Of a stretch of 35,286 nt of DNA, positions 1 through 10,136 are shown one piece after another. The stretch is taken from assembly GCA_012728225.1 (NCBI GenBank), contig JAAYFN010000004.1, positions 1-35,286 on the forward strand, in the 5' to 3' direction. The first letter of the stretch is position 1. Every line of letters starts with the position of its first letter. Origin of the DNA: Campylobacter sp. GTDB lineage: Bacteria > Campylobacterota > Campylobacteria > Campylobacterales > Campylobacteraceae. A program made the translations under genes and the position numbers. The notes beneath the pieces are model-generated. The model saw only the letters and a program-made list of their open reading frames with translations. It made no database searches and had not been told where the DNA came from.

Positions 1-321
1 CAAGATGAGAGAATACAAAAGAAAATTCAAAAATTAGAAAGTGAACATAATCAAAACCATTTTAAAAGATTATCGATAATAGCAAATAAAGAGCTTGAAA
101 ATATTTTACTTGATGATGATAACAACAATACAAAATTAAGAGCTATTGAATTAATTTATAAATTGAGTGGAACAATTAAAGATGAAAAAGTATCCTTGAA
201 TATTCACAACACAAACAACAGCCAAACCAATACGAAGAGCCTTGATGATTTTTATGATGATATTACCAAAATTGAACGGGTGGTTATTGATACTTTAGAA
301 GATTTTGAAAAAGAGTATTAA
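1..321 (+). CDS. 5'-truncated ORF, probable phage terminase small subunit (C-terminal 106 aa)
   Basis: Frame 1 is open from base 1 to TAA at 319-321: QDERIQKKIQKLESEH...ANKELENILL...TKLRAIELIYKLSGTIKDEK...SLDDFYDDITKIERVVID. The KLRAIEL..KLSG segment and the IERVVID tail resemble Terminase_2-type small subunits as I recall them. Not in the ORF track because its start lies outside the window. Confidence 0.6.
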   Translation, partial: QDERIQKKIQKLESEHNQNHFKRLSIIANKELENILLDDDNNNTKLRAIELIYKLSGTIKDEKVSLNIHNTNNSQTNTKSLDDFYDDITKIERVVIDTLEDFEKEY

Positions 322-397
322 ATAGCCTTTTTTTGATGTGTAGTTATAAATAGGTTAGAAATGGACTCCAAAAGCAAACCTTAAACTATTCATTAAA

Positions 398-434
398 AGC
401 CTATTTTATCGTGCTTATAGGCTCTTTTTGTTTT
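398..434 (+). terminator. Terminator-like inverted repeat next to the putative att site
   Basis: AGCCTAT (398-404) and ATAGGCT (417-423) are reverse complements. They are preceded by an A-run and followed by CTTTTTGTTTT. Confidence 0.5.
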
Positions 435-474
435 CATAATGGTATAGACCAGCTTCATCTATACCACATATCAT
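415..474 (-). pseudogene. rnhB: RNase HII 5' fragment (9 codons) fused to element sequence
   Basis: The minus strand reads ATG ATA TGT GGT ATA GAT GAA GCT GGT = MICGIDEAG (RNase HII G-I/V-DEAGRG motif), then LYHYENKKSL*. The ATG overlaps the TGA of the upstream ATPase (ATGA at 474-471). Confidence 0.75.
440..466. repeat. Perfect 9-bp inverted repeat with 9-bp spacer; putative att core
   Basis: TGGTATAGA (440-448) CCAGCTTCA TCTATACCA (458-466). One arm is rnhB coding sequence; the other lies where rnhB similarity ends. Confidence 0.7.
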
Positions 475-1550
475 AGATCAAATCCCAAAGCAAATTCCCA
501 AAATGGCAGTACTTCGCAATCACAAGTTTGAGATGAAAAGTTTGCTGAATTTCCCATACTAATGATGAAAAGTTTAGTTATATTAAGTTTTTCAAGCTCA
601 TTTTTTAAAGCGTTAAATTTAAGTTTTATAAGCTCAGGCGGAGTAAAGGGTACTACTATAAAAGCGGTGGACTTTGAAGGGATATATATATCAAATTTAT
701 CGCTGTAAAATTTCTCATCACCGAGTTTTGAAAGCTCGCAAAATAGTGCGTTAATTAGTTTGTTAGTAAAATTTTTCTTGGAATTTAGAGCATCAGGAAG
801 GCTAAAATCACTAAAATAAATTCTTTTGTTTGTGCTATTAAATTTTGGCAAAAAATTTATAAGTAGCTCATCTTCAAATTTTTGCATTGCCAGATAAATG
901 CTATCTTTTGAAATTTTAACACACTCTTTTAAAGTTTTATAAATTTGGTTAGCGCTAAATGCTTTATCACCAAATTTAACGCACTCGCTAAGAGCTAAAA
1001 TTTCAACTTTACTATATCTGCTTAGTAGATTATTTTGTGTAAACATCACGCTTTCATAAGGAGTTAAAAAACTGTTTTTAGTCCCGTTGCCACAGCTTAA
1101 AAAGCTACTCATTACAGTTCCAATATCTTGATTTTTGGGACTAATAGCCATAAACTCTTCAAAATCAAAAGAGGATAAATTTAGAAGTTCAAAGCTACTT
1201 AATTTTACTTTTTTTGAAGAAGTTGCTACTATAATTTGATCTAAATTTAACTCATTTAAAAAAGTCAAATCATCACTATTTTTAACTGCATCTAATCCAA
1301 AAGCTTTTATATTTTTGTTTGTTTGTATAAATTTTAGTAGCTTATTTATATCTAAATTTAGTCTTAAATCATCTAAATTTAGATATAAAACCTCATTTTT
1401 TTTATAGTTGCTAAGTTCATTTAGCATCATATATGTTTTGCCTGAGTTAAAAGGACCATGTATAAGTGTAAAAGGGTCTGTAATTTTTGCCTTTCTAGGG
1501 CTAAATTTAACACTTAAATTTCTATCATAAAAATAGTTTAAAATTTCCAT
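471..1550 (-). CDS. AAA-type ATP-binding protein (AAA_14/DUF4143-like), divergent from rpsJ
   Basis: Walker A GPFNSGKT, YLNLDD, YFSDF and a C-terminal LPFWEF. The start is likely ATG 1550 (MEILNYFY) rather than 1604. Confidence 0.75.
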   Translation of the reverse strand: MEILNYFYDRNLSVKFSPRKAKITDPFTLIHGPFNSGKTYMMLNELSNYKKNEVLYLNLDDLRLNLDINKLLKFIQTNKNIKAFGLDAVKNSDDLTFLNELNLDQIIVATSSKKVKLSSFELLNLSSFDFEEFMAISPKNQDIGTVMSSFLSCGNGTKNSFLTPYESVMFTQNNLLSRYSKVEILALSECVKFGDKAFSANQIYKTLKECVKISKDSIYLAMQKFEDELLINFLPKFNSTNKRIYFSDFSLPDALNSKKNFTNKLINALFCELSKLGDEKFYSDKFDIYIPSKSTAFIVVPFTPPELIKLKFNALKNELEKLNITKLFIISMGNSANFSSQTCDCEVLPFWEFALGFDL

Positions 1551-1673
1551 ATCTAAATTATACAAAATATTCCTTAAAATAAGGAAAGAATTATAAAAAA
1601 GCATTTAATTTTTAAAACTATCCTTTTTTAAAGGAAAGAAAAAGAGTAAATTTTCAAAATTCACACTAAATTC

Positions 1674-1702
1674 TTGACAGTAGTTAAAAAACCCACTATA
1701 AT
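1674..1702 (+). promoter_or_regulatory. Sigma70 promoter of the S10 operon
   Basis: TTGACA (1674-1679), 17-bp spacer, TATAAT (1697-1702). Confidence 0.85.
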
Positions 1703-1760
1703 CACGGTCTTTGATTAAAAAAGGTCGCGTTTTGCGACAAGTTCTTTATAAGGAAAAGCT

Positions 1761-2072
1761 ATGGAAAGAATCAGGTTGAAGCTAAAAGCTTATGACCACA
1801 GAGTTCTAGATAGAACAGTTGCAGCGATTGTAGAAGCTGTTAAACGTACAGGAGCAGATGTTAAAGGCCCAGTGCCAATTCCTACGAAAATTAAAAAATA
1901 CACAGTCTTAAAATCCCCTCATGTTAACAAAGATTCAAGAGAGCAGTTTGAGATGAGAATTCACACTCGCATGCTAGACATCGTAGCTGCAACACCAGAG
2001 ACGGTTGATTCATTAACCAAGCTTGACCTTGCACCAGAGGTTAACGTTGAAGTTAGAGCTTTAGGTAAGTAA
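1761..2072 (+). CDS. rpsJ: 30S ribosomal protein S10
   Basis: [14 protein letters not shown] and [13 protein letters not shown] motifs; operon position. Confidence 0.99.
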   Translation: MERIRLKLKAYDHRVLDRTVAAIVEAVKRTGADVKGPVPIPTKIKKYTVLKSPHVNKDSREQFEMRIHTRMLDIVAATPETVDSLTKLDLAPEVNVEVRALGK

Positions 2073-2084
2073 GGAGTAGGGTAA

Positions 2085-2663
2085 ATGGAATATTTAGTTG
2101 AAAAAGTAGGTATGAGCAGAACTGTAGATAAGATCAGCAGTCCAGTTAGCCTTCTAAAAGTAGTAAACGCTAAGGTTTGTGAGCTAGATGAAAATGGTAA
2201 AGCTATCATAGCTTATGCAAATGGAAAAGCACACAGCAAGGCTATAGCCGGTCAACAAAAAAAGTACAACTTAAGCAAAGAATTTAACAACTTTGCCACT
2301 TTAAGTGTTTCAAATACAGAAGTTGGTGATCAAGACGTAGCGCCACTAAGTGAAGCAAAAGTATTAAAAGTTAGTTTCAAAACTAAAGGTAAAGGCTATC
2401 AAGGTGTTATTAAAAGACACGGTTTTGCAGGCGGTCCAAAAAGTCATGGTAGTAGATTTCACAGAAGACCAGGATCAATTGGCAACTGTGAGTGGCCAGG
2501 AAGAGTTCAACCAGGTACTAAAATGGCTGGAAGAACAGGATTTGAGAAAGTAACTGTTAAAAATGAAGTTATTAGCTTTGATGCCGATAGTGGTATTATT
2601 GTTGTAAAGGGTTCAGTCCCAGGATTTAACGGAGCACTTGGTAGAGTAAGGATAGTAAAATGA
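2085..2663 (+). CDS. rplC: 50S ribosomal protein L3
   Basis: [14 protein letters not shown] and HRRPGSIG motifs. Confidence 0.99.
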   Translation: MEYLVEKVGMSRTVDKISSPVSLLKVVNAKVCELDENGKAIIAYANGKAHSKAIAGQQKKYNLSKEFNNFATLSVSNTEVGDQDVAPLSEAKVLKVSFKTKGKGYQGVIKRHGFAGGPKSHGSRFHRRPGSIGNCEWPGRVQPGTKMAGRTGFEKVTVKNEVISFDADSGIIVVKGSVPGFNGALGRVRIVK

Positions 2664-3274
2664 GTAACGCAGTAGTTATAAATGATAAATTTGAAAAAAC
2701 TAGTGAGATAGAGCTTCCTGCTAAATTTGATGAAGCAAACTCACATAACTTATATCTCTATGTTAAATCATATCTTGCAGGTATCCGCTCAAACACAGCA
2801 AATACCAAATCAAGGTCTGAAGTAAGTGGTGGTGGTAAAAAACCATGGAGACAAAAAGGGCGCGGTGGCGCAAGAGCAGGTTCTAATAGATCTAATATCT
2901 GGGTAGGTGGAGGAGTTGCTTTTGGTCCAAAAAGTGAGCGTAACTACATTCAAAAGATAAATAAAAAGCAAAAAAAGCTAGCTTTAGAGAGAGCTTTGGC
3001 TGATAAAGCTAATGAAGGTAAATTTTTCATAGTAGATAGTTTAACTATCAACAGTGGCAAAACAAAAGATGCTGCAAATTTTATCAAAGATTTAAGCGTA
3101 AGAGATGCTTTAATCGTAGTAAATGAACTAGATACCAACACTTTGCTTGCATATAGAAATTTAAAAAATACATATGTTATCGAAGCAAGCGAGATAAACG
3201 CTTATATGGTAGCAGTGTACAGCTCTATAGTTGTTGAAAAAGCAGCATTTGATAGTATTGTGAAAGAGGGCTAA
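2660..3274 (+). CDS. rplD: 50S ribosomal protein L4
   Basis: [22 protein letters not shown] motif. Confidence 0.99.
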   Translation: MSNAVVINDKFEKTSEIELPAKFDEANSHNLYLYVKSYLAGIRSNTANTKSRSEVSGGGKKPWRQKGRGGARAGSNRSNIWVGGGVAFGPKSERNYIQKINKKQKKLALERALADKANEGKFFIVDSLTINSGKTKDAANFIKDLSVRDALIVVNELDTNTLLAYRNLKNTYVIEASEINAYMVAVYSSIVVEKAAFDSIVKEG

Positions 3275-3275
3275 A

Positions 3276-3557
3276 ATGGCAGATATAACAGATATAAAAG
3301 CAATCATCTATACAGAGAAAACTTTAGGTCTTGGAGATGCGAATGTTGCAGTTATTCAAACAGCACCAAACACAACTAAAAATGGCCTAAAAGCGATCTT
3401 AAAAGAGTATTTTGGTATAACACCACTTAAAATAAACTCTTTAAGGGTAGACGGAAAAGTTAAAAGATTTAAGGGTAAAATTGGCGCTAGAAATGATTAT
3501 AAAAAATTCTACATCAAATTACCTGATGGTGTTAGTTTAGAGAATATAGGAGCATAA
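3276..3557 (+). CDS. rplW: 50S ribosomal protein L23
   Basis: YTEKT...GKVKRF...YKKFYIKL; synteny. Confidence 0.98.
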   Translation: MADITDIKAIIYTEKTLGLGDANVAVIQTAPNTTKNGLKAILKEYFGITPLKINSLRVDGKVKRFKGKIGARNDYKKFYIKLPDGVSLENIGA

Positions 3558-3558
3558 G

Positions 3559-4389
3559 ATGTCAGTAAAACATTATAAACCATATACACCTAGTAGACGC
3601 TTTATGAGCGGTTTAAGTAGCGAAGACATCACAGCTAAGGCAAGTGTTAGAAGTTTACTTGTTAAAATTCCAGCAAATGCAGGCAGAAACAATACTGGCA
3701 AGATTACATCTCGTCACAAACAAGCAGGCGCTAAAAAACTATATAGAGTTATAGATTTTAAAAGATCTAAATTTGATATTGAAGGTAAAGTTGCTGCTGT
3801 TGAGTACGATCCAAATAGAAATTGTCGTATAGCGCTTATATCTTATAAAGATGGTGAGAAGAGATATATCATCAAACCAAGAGGTTTGGAGGTAGGAGAT
3901 GTTATAAGCTCAGCTGAGCGTGGTTTAGATATAAAACCAGGAAATGCTATGAAGCTTAAAAATATGCCAATAGGTACTATTATCCATAATATAGAGCTAA
4001 AACCAGGCAAAGGCGCTCAAATAGCAAGAAGTGCTGGTGGATATGCTCAGTTAATGGGTAGAGAAGAAAAATATGTAATTATTCGCCTTCCAAGCGGTGA
4101 GATGAGAAGAGTTTTAGGTGAGTGTATGGCAACTATTGGTGAGGTTAGCAATGAAGATTGGGCTAATATCATTATAGGCAAAGCTGGTAGAAATCGTCAT
4201 AGAGGAATTCGTCCACAAACAAGAGGTTCTGCTATGAACCCAGTAGATCACCCACACGGCGGTGGTGAAGGCAAGAAAAACTCAGGTCGCCATCCAGTTA
4301 CACCATGGGGCAAACCAACTAAGGGAGCAAAAACTAGACATAAAAAAGCTAGTGATAAACTTATAATTTCAAGAAGGAAAGGAAAATAA
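3559..4389 (+). CDS. rplB: 50S ribosomal protein L2
   Basis: EYDPNR and [14 protein letters not shown] motifs. Confidence 0.99.
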   Translation: MSVKHYKPYTPSRRFMSGLSSEDITAKASVRSLLVKIPANAGRNNTGKITSRHKQAGAKKLYRVIDFKRSKFDIEGKVAAVEYDPNRNCRIALISYKDGEKRYIIKPRGLEVGDVISSAERGLDIKPGNAMKLKNMPIGTIIHNIELKPGKGAQIARSAGGYAQLMGREEKYVIIRLPSGEMRRVLGECMATIGEVSNEDWANIIIGKAGRNRHRGIRPQTRGSAMNPVDHPHGGGEGKKNSGRHPVTPWGKPTKGAKTRHKKASDKLIISRRKGK

Positions 4390-4391
4390 TC

Positions 4392-4673
4392 ATGGCAAGA
4401 TCGCTTAAAAAAGGTCCTTTCGTTGATGATCATGTAATGAAAAAAGCTACAGCAGCTAAAAAAGCAAACGATGGCAAGCCTATTAAAACATGGTCAAGAA
4501 GAAGCACGATAGTACCTGAAATGATAGGACTTACATTTAATGTTCACAACGGCAAAAGTTTTATACCAGTATATATTACGGAGCATCACATAGGATATAA
4601 GCTAGGTGAATTTTCTCCAACTAGAACTTTTAAAGGCCACCGTGGTTCAGTTCAAAAGAAAATTGGCAAGTAG
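4392..4673 (+). CDS. rpsS: 30S ribosomal protein S19
   Basis: [10 protein letters not shown] and KTWSRRS motifs. Confidence 0.99.
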   Translation: MARSLKKGPFVDDHVMKKATAAKKANDGKPIKTWSRRSTIVPEMIGLTFNVHNGKSFIPVYITEHHIGYKLGEFSPTRTFKGHRGSVQKKIGK

Positions 4674-4680
4674 GTGAAAA

Positions 4681-5013
4681 ATGAGTAAATCAACTATAAA
4701 ATTTATAAGACTTTCACCAACGAAAGCTAGGCTTATCGCAAGGGAAATTCAAGGTATGAATGCTGAGTTTGCATTAGCTACACTTCAGTTTACTCCAAAC
4801 AGAGCAGCTAAACATATAGCAAGTGCTATTAGTTCAGCAGTTGCAAATGGTGGATTTGAACCAGAAGAGGTTGTGGTTGCAAGTTGTAGAGTTGATGCAG
4901 GCCCAGTTCTTAAAAGATTTAGACCAAGAGCTAGAGGAACTGCAAGCAGGATAAGAAAACCAACTTCACATATTACAGTTGAAGTTGCAAGACCAAGTAA
5001 GAAGGATGCGTAA
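4681..5013 (+). CDS. rplV: 50S ribosomal protein L22
   Basis: [10 protein letters not shown]...[10 protein letters not shown]. Confidence 0.99.
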   Translation: MSKSTIKFIRLSPTKARLIAREIQGMNAEFALATLQFTPNRAAKHIASAISSAVANGGFEPEEVVVASCRVDAGPVLKRFRPRARGTASRIRKPTSHITVEVARPSKKDA

Positions 5014-5708
5014 TGGGACAAAAAGCTAACCCGATTGGCCTAAGATTAGGTATTAACAGAAACTGGGATTCTAGATGGTTTACTTCAAAAGAGATCTTGC
5101 CTGAAAACATTCTTGAAGATTATAAGATAAGAAAATTTTTAAAAGCTAAATTATATTATGCTGGAATTAGTCAGATAATTATAGAAAGAACAGCTAAAAA
5201 AATTCGTGTTACTATCGTTGCGGCAAGACCAGGAGTTATCATTGGTAAAAAAGGTGCTGAGATAGAAAACCTTAAAAATGAAGTTACTAAATTGATAGGT
5301 AAAGATGTCAATATCAATATTCAAGAAGAGAGAAAAGTTGGCGCATCAGCGCAACTTGCAGCTGAAAACGTTGCAATGCAGCTTGAAAGACGTGTTGCTT
5401 TTAGAAGGGCTATGAAAAAAGTTATTCAAAATGCTCAAAAAGCAGGCGCAAAGGGTATAAAAATTCAAGTTTCAGGAAGACTCGGTGGTGCAGAGATGGC
5501 AAGAACTGAGTGGTATTTAGAAGGAAGAGTTCCACTTCATACATTTAGAGCCAAAGTAGACTATGGTTTTGCAGAAGCACATACTACTTATGGAAATATA
5601 GGCGTTAAAGTATGGATATTTAAAGGTGAAGTTCTTCAAAAGGGGATTCAGCCAGAAAAAACCGAGGATGCTCCTAAGAAAAATACAAGAAGAAGAAGGA
5701 GGAGCTAA
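5013..5708 (+). CDS. rpsC: 30S ribosomal protein S3
   Basis: [14 protein letters not shown] and [10 protein letters not shown] motifs. Confidence 0.99.
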   Translation: MGQKANPIGLRLGINRNWDSRWFTSKEILPENILEDYKIRKFLKAKLYYAGISQIIIERTAKKIRVTIVAARPGVIIGKKGAEIENLKNEVTKLIGKDVNINIQEERKVGASAQLAAENVAMQLERRVAFRRAMKKVIQNAQKAGAKGIKIQVSGRLGGAEMARTEWYLEGRVPLHTFRAKVDYGFAEAHTTYGNIGVKVWIFKGEVLQKGIQPEKTEDAPKKNTRRRRRS

Positions 5709-5710
5709 CA

Positions 5711-6136
5711 ATGTTAATGCCAAAAAGAACAAAATATAGAAAACAGATGAAAGGCAGAAACCGCGGGTATGCAGCTCGTGGTACACAGCTTACATATGGA
5801 ACTATTGGTCTTAAAGCTATTGAAGCAGGTCGTATTAACTCACGCCAAATTGAAGCAGCTCGTGTTGCTATGACAAGATACGTAAAAAGACAAGCTAAAG
5901 TTTGGATATGTGTATTTCCAGATAAGCCACTAACTAAAAAACCACTTGAAACTCGTATGGGTAAAGGTAAAGGTGGTGTTGAAGAGTGGGTTATGAATAT
6001 TAAGCCAGGTAGGATTATATTTGAGATGGCTGGGCCAGATGAGAAATTAGCAAGAGAAGCTTTAACTCTATCTATACATAAGTTGCCATTTAAAACTAAA
6101 ATCGTAACAAGAGAGAGCGAAAATGAATTATATTGA
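5711..6136 (+). CDS. rplP: 50S ribosomal protein L16
   Basis: [11 protein letters not shown] and RMGKGKG motifs. Confidence 0.99.
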   Translation: MLMPKRTKYRKQMKGRNRGYAARGTQLTYGTIGLKAIEAGRINSRQIEAARVAMTRYVKRQAKVWICVFPDKPLTKKPLETRMGKGKGGVEEWVMNIKPGRIIFEMAGPDEKLAREALTLSIHKLPFKTKIVTRESENELY

Positions 6137-6314
6137 TATAAAAGATAAAGATCTAAAAGAGCTTAATAAGCTGCTTGTTGAAAAGAAAAAGTCGCTTTTT
6201 GTTTTAAGACATAAGCTTAGAACTATGCAGCTTACAAATACTAGCGAGATATCTCAGATCAAAAAAGAGATCGCCAGGATAAAGACTGCACTAAATGCGA
6301 ATAAGGGAGTGTGA
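6123..6314 (+). CDS. rpmC: 50S ribosomal protein L29
   Basis: 63 aa, KKEIARIKT; synteny. Confidence 0.97.
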   Translation: MNYIDIKDKDLKELNKLLVEKKKSLFVLRHKLRTMQLTNTSEISQIKKEIARIKTALNANKGV

Positions 6315-6315
6315 T

Positions 6316-6567
6316 ATGTCATTAAAAAGAGAAATTCAAGGAGTAGTCCTTAAAAAAGCTGGTGATAAGACAGCTACTATTTTGGTTGAAAGACGCGTTA
6401 TGCACCCAAGATATAGAAAGATAGTTAAACGTTTTAAAAAGTATCTTATACATGATGAGAGAAATGAAGCAAATACAGGTGATACTGTTTCAGCAATCGA
6501 GTGCAGACCTATTAGTAAACAAAAAGCATTCCGTTTAAAAGCAGTACTAAAAAGAGGAGTTGAGTAA
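6316..6567 (+). CDS. rpsQ: 30S ribosomal protein S17
   Basis: HPRYRKIV and ECRPISK motifs. Start moved to ATG 6316, after a GGAG RBS. Confidence 0.98.
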   Translation: MSLKREIQGVVLKKAGDKTATILVERRVMHPRYRKIVKRFKKYLIHDERNEANTGDTVSAIECRPISKQKAFRLKAVLKRGVE

Positions 6568-6935
6568 TGATACAAAGCTTTACAAGACTTAATGTAGCCG
6601 ACAATAGCGGTGCAAAAGAGTTGATGTGTATTAAGGTACTAGGTGGAAGTAAAAGAAGATATGCTACAGTAGGTGATGTTATAGTTTGCTCTGTTAAAAA
6701 GGCACTTCCAAACGGTAAGGTTAAAAAAGGACAAGTTGTTAAGGCAGTTATAGTTAGAACTAAAAAAGAGATACAAAGACAAAATGGTTCGCTAATAAGA
6801 TTTGATGATAATGCTGCAGTTGTTCTTGATGCAAAAAAAGAGCCAGTTGGTACTCGTATATTTGGGCCAGTTGGTAGAGAAGTTAGATATGGTGGATTTA
6901 TGAAAATAGTTTCACTAGCACCGGAGGTTTTATAG
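6567..6935 (+). CDS. rplN: 50S ribosomal protein L14
   Basis: VADNSGAK and GTRIFGPV motifs. Confidence 0.99.
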   Translation: MIQSFTRLNVADNSGAKELMCIKVLGGSKRRYATVGDVIVCSVKKALPNGKVKKGQVVKAVIVRTKKEIQRQNGSLIRFDDNAAVVLDAKKEPVGTRIFGPVGREVRYGGFMKIVSLAPEVL

Positions 6936-7171
6936 TGGCAAATATTAAACTAAAGATTAAAAAAGGTGATACTGTTAAAGTTATCACAGGCGATGATAAA
7001 GGCAAAACCGGCATAGTTAAGGCGGTTTTTCCAAAAGATCGTAAAATTATTGTAGATGGTGTAAATGTAGTTAAAAAAGCTGTAAAGCCAAGTGAAAAAT
7101 ATCAAAATGGTGGCTTTATAGGTCAAGAGATGCGAATAGATGTTTCTAACGTAGCTAAGGTAGAGGAGTAG
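6935..7171 (+). CDS. rplX: 50S ribosomal protein L24
   Basis: KOW motif IKKGDTVKVITGDDKGKTG; GTG start. Confidence 0.98.
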   Translation: MANIKLKIKKGDTVKVITGDDKGKTGIVKAVFPKDRKIIVDGVNVVKKAVKPSEKYQNGGFIGQEMRIDVSNVAKVEE

Positions 7172-7174
7172 TTT

Positions 7175-7720
7175 ATGAATAGACTTAGAGCTAGATATAA
7201 AGATGAAGTTAAAGCATCTTTGCAAAAAGAGTTTAATTTTTCAAATCCTATGTTAATACCAGCTGTTGAAAAGATTGTTATAAGCGTTGGTGTCGGTGAT
7301 AGTGCTAAAGATCAAAAAGTTCTTCAAAGCATGGCAGATACTATCTCCTTAATATCAGGACAGAAAGCTGTTATTATAAATGCTAAAAAATCAGTTGCTG
7401 GTTTTAAAGTAAGAGAGGGTTTTCCTGTAGGTATTAAAGTAACTCTTAGAAAAGAGAATATGTATACTTTTTTAGATAAGCTTATAAGTATAGCACTTCC
7501 AAGAGTTAAAGACTTTAGAGGTCTTCCAAAAAATGGCTTTGATGGTAGAGGTAACTATAATTTTGGGCTTGAAGAGCAACTTATGTTTCCAGAAGTTGAG
7601 TATGATAAAATTTTAAAAACTCACGGTATGAATATAACAATAGTTACAACAACAAATAGTGATAAAGAGGCATTTAAACTACTAGAATCTCTAGGCTTGC
7701 CTTTCGCGAAAGGAAAATAA
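7175..7720 (+). CDS. rplE: 50S ribosomal protein L5
   Basis: LPRVKDFRG and FDGRGNY motifs. Confidence 0.99.
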   Translation: MNRLRARYKDEVKASLQKEFNFSNPMLIPAVEKIVISVGVGDSAKDQKVLQSMADTISLISGQKAVIINAKKSVAGFKVREGFPVGIKVTLRKENMYTFLDKLISIALPRVKDFRGLPKNGFDGRGNYNFGLEEQLMFPEVEYDKILKTHGMNITIVTTTNSDKEAFKLLESLGLPFAKGK

Positions 7721-7723
7721 AAA

Positions 7724-7909
7724 ATGGCTAAAAAATCAATGATAGCTAAGGCTAAAAGAGAGCCAAAATTTAGCACAAGAGTGATAAGAAGATGTGAAAT
7801 TTGTGGTCGTCCACACTCTGTTTATAGGGATTTTGGAATTTGTAGAGTATGTCTTAGAAAAATGGCTAATGAGGGACTTATCCCTGGCCTTAAGAAATCA
7901 AGTTGGTAA
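7724..7909 (+). CDS. rpsN: 30S ribosomal protein S14, short zinc-binding (type Z) form
   Basis: 61 aa with CEIC and CRVC. Confidence 0.98.
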   Translation: MAKKSMIAKAKREPKFSTRVIRRCEICGRPHSVYRDFGICRVCLRKMANEGLIPGLKKSSW

Positions 7910-7918
7910 GGATAAAAA

Positions 7919-8314
7919 ATGGTAAATGATCTTATTTCAGACGCACTTACTAGGATAAGAAACGCTGCACTTAGAAGGCTTGATACAGCACAACTTCTTC
8001 ACTCAAAATCAGTTGAGGCAACAGTTGATATCTTTGTTAAAGAGGGGTATTTAGAAAGTTTTAATGTAGTAGAAGATGGCAACAAAAAATTCATTAATGT
8101 AGTTTTAAAGTATAATGAAAAAGGTAAAAGCGTCATTAACGAAGTAAAAAAAGTTTCCAAACCTGGTAGACGTGTTTATCAAGGTAAAGATGAAATTCGT
8201 CTTTTTAAAAATGGGTATGGTACTACTATAGTTTCAACTAGTAAAGGCGTTATGAGAGGTAGAGATGCAAGTAAACAAGGCATCGGCGGTGAGGTTCTTT
8301 GCACCATATGGTAG
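7919..8314 (+). CDS. rpsH: 30S ribosomal protein S8
   Basis: [17 protein letters not shown] and STSKG motifs. Confidence 0.99.
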   Translation: MVNDLISDALTRIRNAALRRLDTAQLLHSKSVEATVDIFVKEGYLESFNVVEDGNKKFINVVLKYNEKGKSVINEVKKVSKPGRRVYQGKDEIRLFKNGYGTTIVSTSKGVMRGRDASKQGIGGEVLCTIW

Positions 8315-8369
8315 CAAGTAGCTTTTTATGGTATTTGGCGAAAGCCGTAGACAAATAAAAAGGATATAA

Positions 8370-8906
8370 ATGTCAAGAATAGGTAAACAGCCTATAGCTA
8401 TACCAAATGGTGTAGAGGTAAAATTAGATGGTAGTGTTCTAAATTTTAAAAAAGGCAAAATAGAAGAGAGTTTAGATACAAAAAATCATGTAAATGTAGA
8501 GCTTAAAGATGGCTCTTTGTTGTTTAGTCCAAAAAGTGATGACAGACAAGACAGAGCTTATTGGGGTACGTATCGCTCATTAGCTAATAACATTATTATC
8601 GGATTAACTGATGGTTTTGAAAGAAAGCTTGAGGTAAATGGGGTAGGTTATAGAGCTGCTGTTAAGGGCAAAATTTTAGAACTTAATTTAGGTTTTTCAC
8701 ATCCTATCAACTATGAGATGCCAGAGGGTGTTGAGGCTGCTATAGAGAAAAATATCATTACTATTAAAGGTCACAATAAACAGATAGTTGGTCAAGTTTG
8801 TGCTGAAGTTAGAGAATTTAGACCACCAGAGCCATATAAAGGCAAAGGTATTAAATATGTTGAAGAACGCATCATCCGTAAAGCCGGCAAGACAGCTAAG
8901 AAATAG
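8370..8906 (+). CDS. rplF: 50S ribosomal protein L6
   Basis: MSRIGKQP and [10 protein letters not shown] motifs. Confidence 0.99.
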   Translation: MSRIGKQPIAIPNGVEVKLDGSVLNFKKGKIEESLDTKNHVNVELKDGSLLFSPKSDDRQDRAYWGTYRSLANNIIIGLTDGFERKLEVNGVGYRAAVKGKILELNLGFSHPINYEMPEGVEAAIEKNIITIKGHNKQIVGQVCAEVREFRPPEPYKGKGIKYVEERIIRKAGKTAKK

Positions 8907-8915
8907 GGGTAGTTT

Positions 8916-9272
8916 ATGAGAGAAAATATATTAAAGAAAAAGCTAGCTTTAAGGGCTAAAAGAAAAAAAAGAGTAAGAGCTAATATCTTTGGATCAGCTA
9001 CAACACCTAGAGTGTCTGTTTTCAAATCAAACAGAACTATTTATGCTCAAGCAATTGATGATAAAAGTTCTACCACTATATGTGTAAGTGATGGAAAAGT
9101 ACTTAAAGTTATAGCAAATATAGACGGTGGTAAAAAATTAGGTGCCGACCTTGCTACTAAGTTAAAAGACAAAGGAATCACTGAGGTTGTGTTTGATAGA
9201 AATGGCTATCTTTATCATGGCGTTATCGCAGCAATTGGCGATAGTCTAAGAGAAAACGGCATTAAGCTGTAA
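8916..9272 (+). CDS. rplR: 50S ribosomal protein L18
   Basis: [12 protein letters not shown] motif. Confidence 0.98.
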   Translation: MRENILKKKLALRAKRKKRVRANIFGSATTPRVSVFKSNRTIYAQAIDDKSSTTICVSDGKVLKVIANIDGGKKLGADLATKLKDKGITEVVFDRNGYLYHGVIAAIGDSLRENGIKL

Positions 9273-9285
9273 ACAAGGGTAAGTG

Positions 9286-9729
9286 ATGGAAAAGTACAAT
9301 AAAGAAGAATTTGAAGAAGTTATAGTAAATATCGGCAGAGTTGCTAAAGTTGTTAAAGGTGGTAGAAGATTTAGATTTACCGCTTTAGTAGTTATTGGCA
9401 ACAAAAAAGGTCTTGTTGGATATGGTTTTGGAAAGAGTAAAGAAGTTCCCGATGCTATAAAAAAAGCGGTTGACGACGCTTTTAAAAACATAGTTGAGGT
9501 TAAACTTAACGGAAAGACAATCCCACACGATATTGAAGTTAAATTTAACGCAAGCCGCGTTTTGCTTAAACCAGCTAGTGAAGGTACAGGTGTTATAGCA
9601 GGTGGTTCAACTAGACCAGTTTTAGAGTTGGCAGGCATAGAGGATATATTAACTAAATCTCTTGGTTCAAACAACTCATCAAACGTTGTAAGAGCAACTA
9701 TTAAAGCTCTTAGTATGTTAAAAGGATAG
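9286..9729 (+). CDS. rpsE: 30S ribosomal protein S5
   Basis: [11 protein letters not shown] and GTGVIAGG motifs. ATG 9286 preferred over GTG 9283. Confidence 0.99.
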   Translation: MEKYNKEEFEEVIVNIGRVAKVVKGGRRFRFTALVVIGNKKGLVGYGFGKSKEVPDAIKKAVDDAFKNIVEVKLNGKTIPHDIEVKFNASRVLLKPASEGTGVIAGGSTRPVLELAGIEDILTKSLGSNNSSNVVRATIKALSMLKG

Positions 9730-9731
9730 AT

Positions 9732-10136
9732 ATGGGACTTGAAAATTTAGAAAGTGCACCAGGATCAACTCATAGAAAAAAAAGAGTTGGTAGGGGTCGT
9801 GGAACTGGTTGGGGTAAAACTTCAGGTAGAGGTATGAGCGGACAAACTGCCAGAACTGGGTATTCAGAAAAAAGAGGATTCGAAGGTGGTCAACAACCAC
9901 TTCAAAGAAGACTTCCAAAAGTTGGATTTAGCTCAAAATTTCAAAAACCTTATGTGATAAATGTCGAGAGAATCGATGTTATAAAAAATTTAGACGAGAT
10001 AACTTTTGAGAGTATTAGAAGTGTGCACAAATTTCCTTTAACTACAAAGAAGATAAAGCTTATAGGAACAAGTGCAAAAGATTTAGCCTCTAAAATAAAA
10101 GACAAGAACATAACTGCAAGCGGAAATCAAAAATGA
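9732..10136 (+). CDS. rplO: 50S ribosomal protein L15
   Basis: [15 protein letters not shown] motif. Confidence 0.98.
   Translation: MGLENLESAPGSTHRKKRVGRGRGTGWGKTSGRGMSGQTARTGYSEKRGFEGGQQPLQRRLPKVGFSSKFQKPYVINVERIDVIKNLDEITFESIRSVHKFPLTTKKIKLIGTSAKDLASKIKDKNITASGNQK

Larger units (their letters stand above)
1..466. mobile_element. End of an integrated element (prophage or phage satellite) inserted in the 5' end of rnhB
   Basis: TerS-like ORF, then a terminator-like IR, then an att-like IR exactly where the rnhB reading frame diverges. No integrase is visible in the window. Confidence 0.65.

Noticed and set aside
440-466. IR as a tRNA or tmRNA 3'-end duplication (ends in ACCA) or a plain terminator
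   Set aside because: There is no T-arm (GTTCRA) and no adjoining U-tract. The in-frame MICGIDEAG explains it better.
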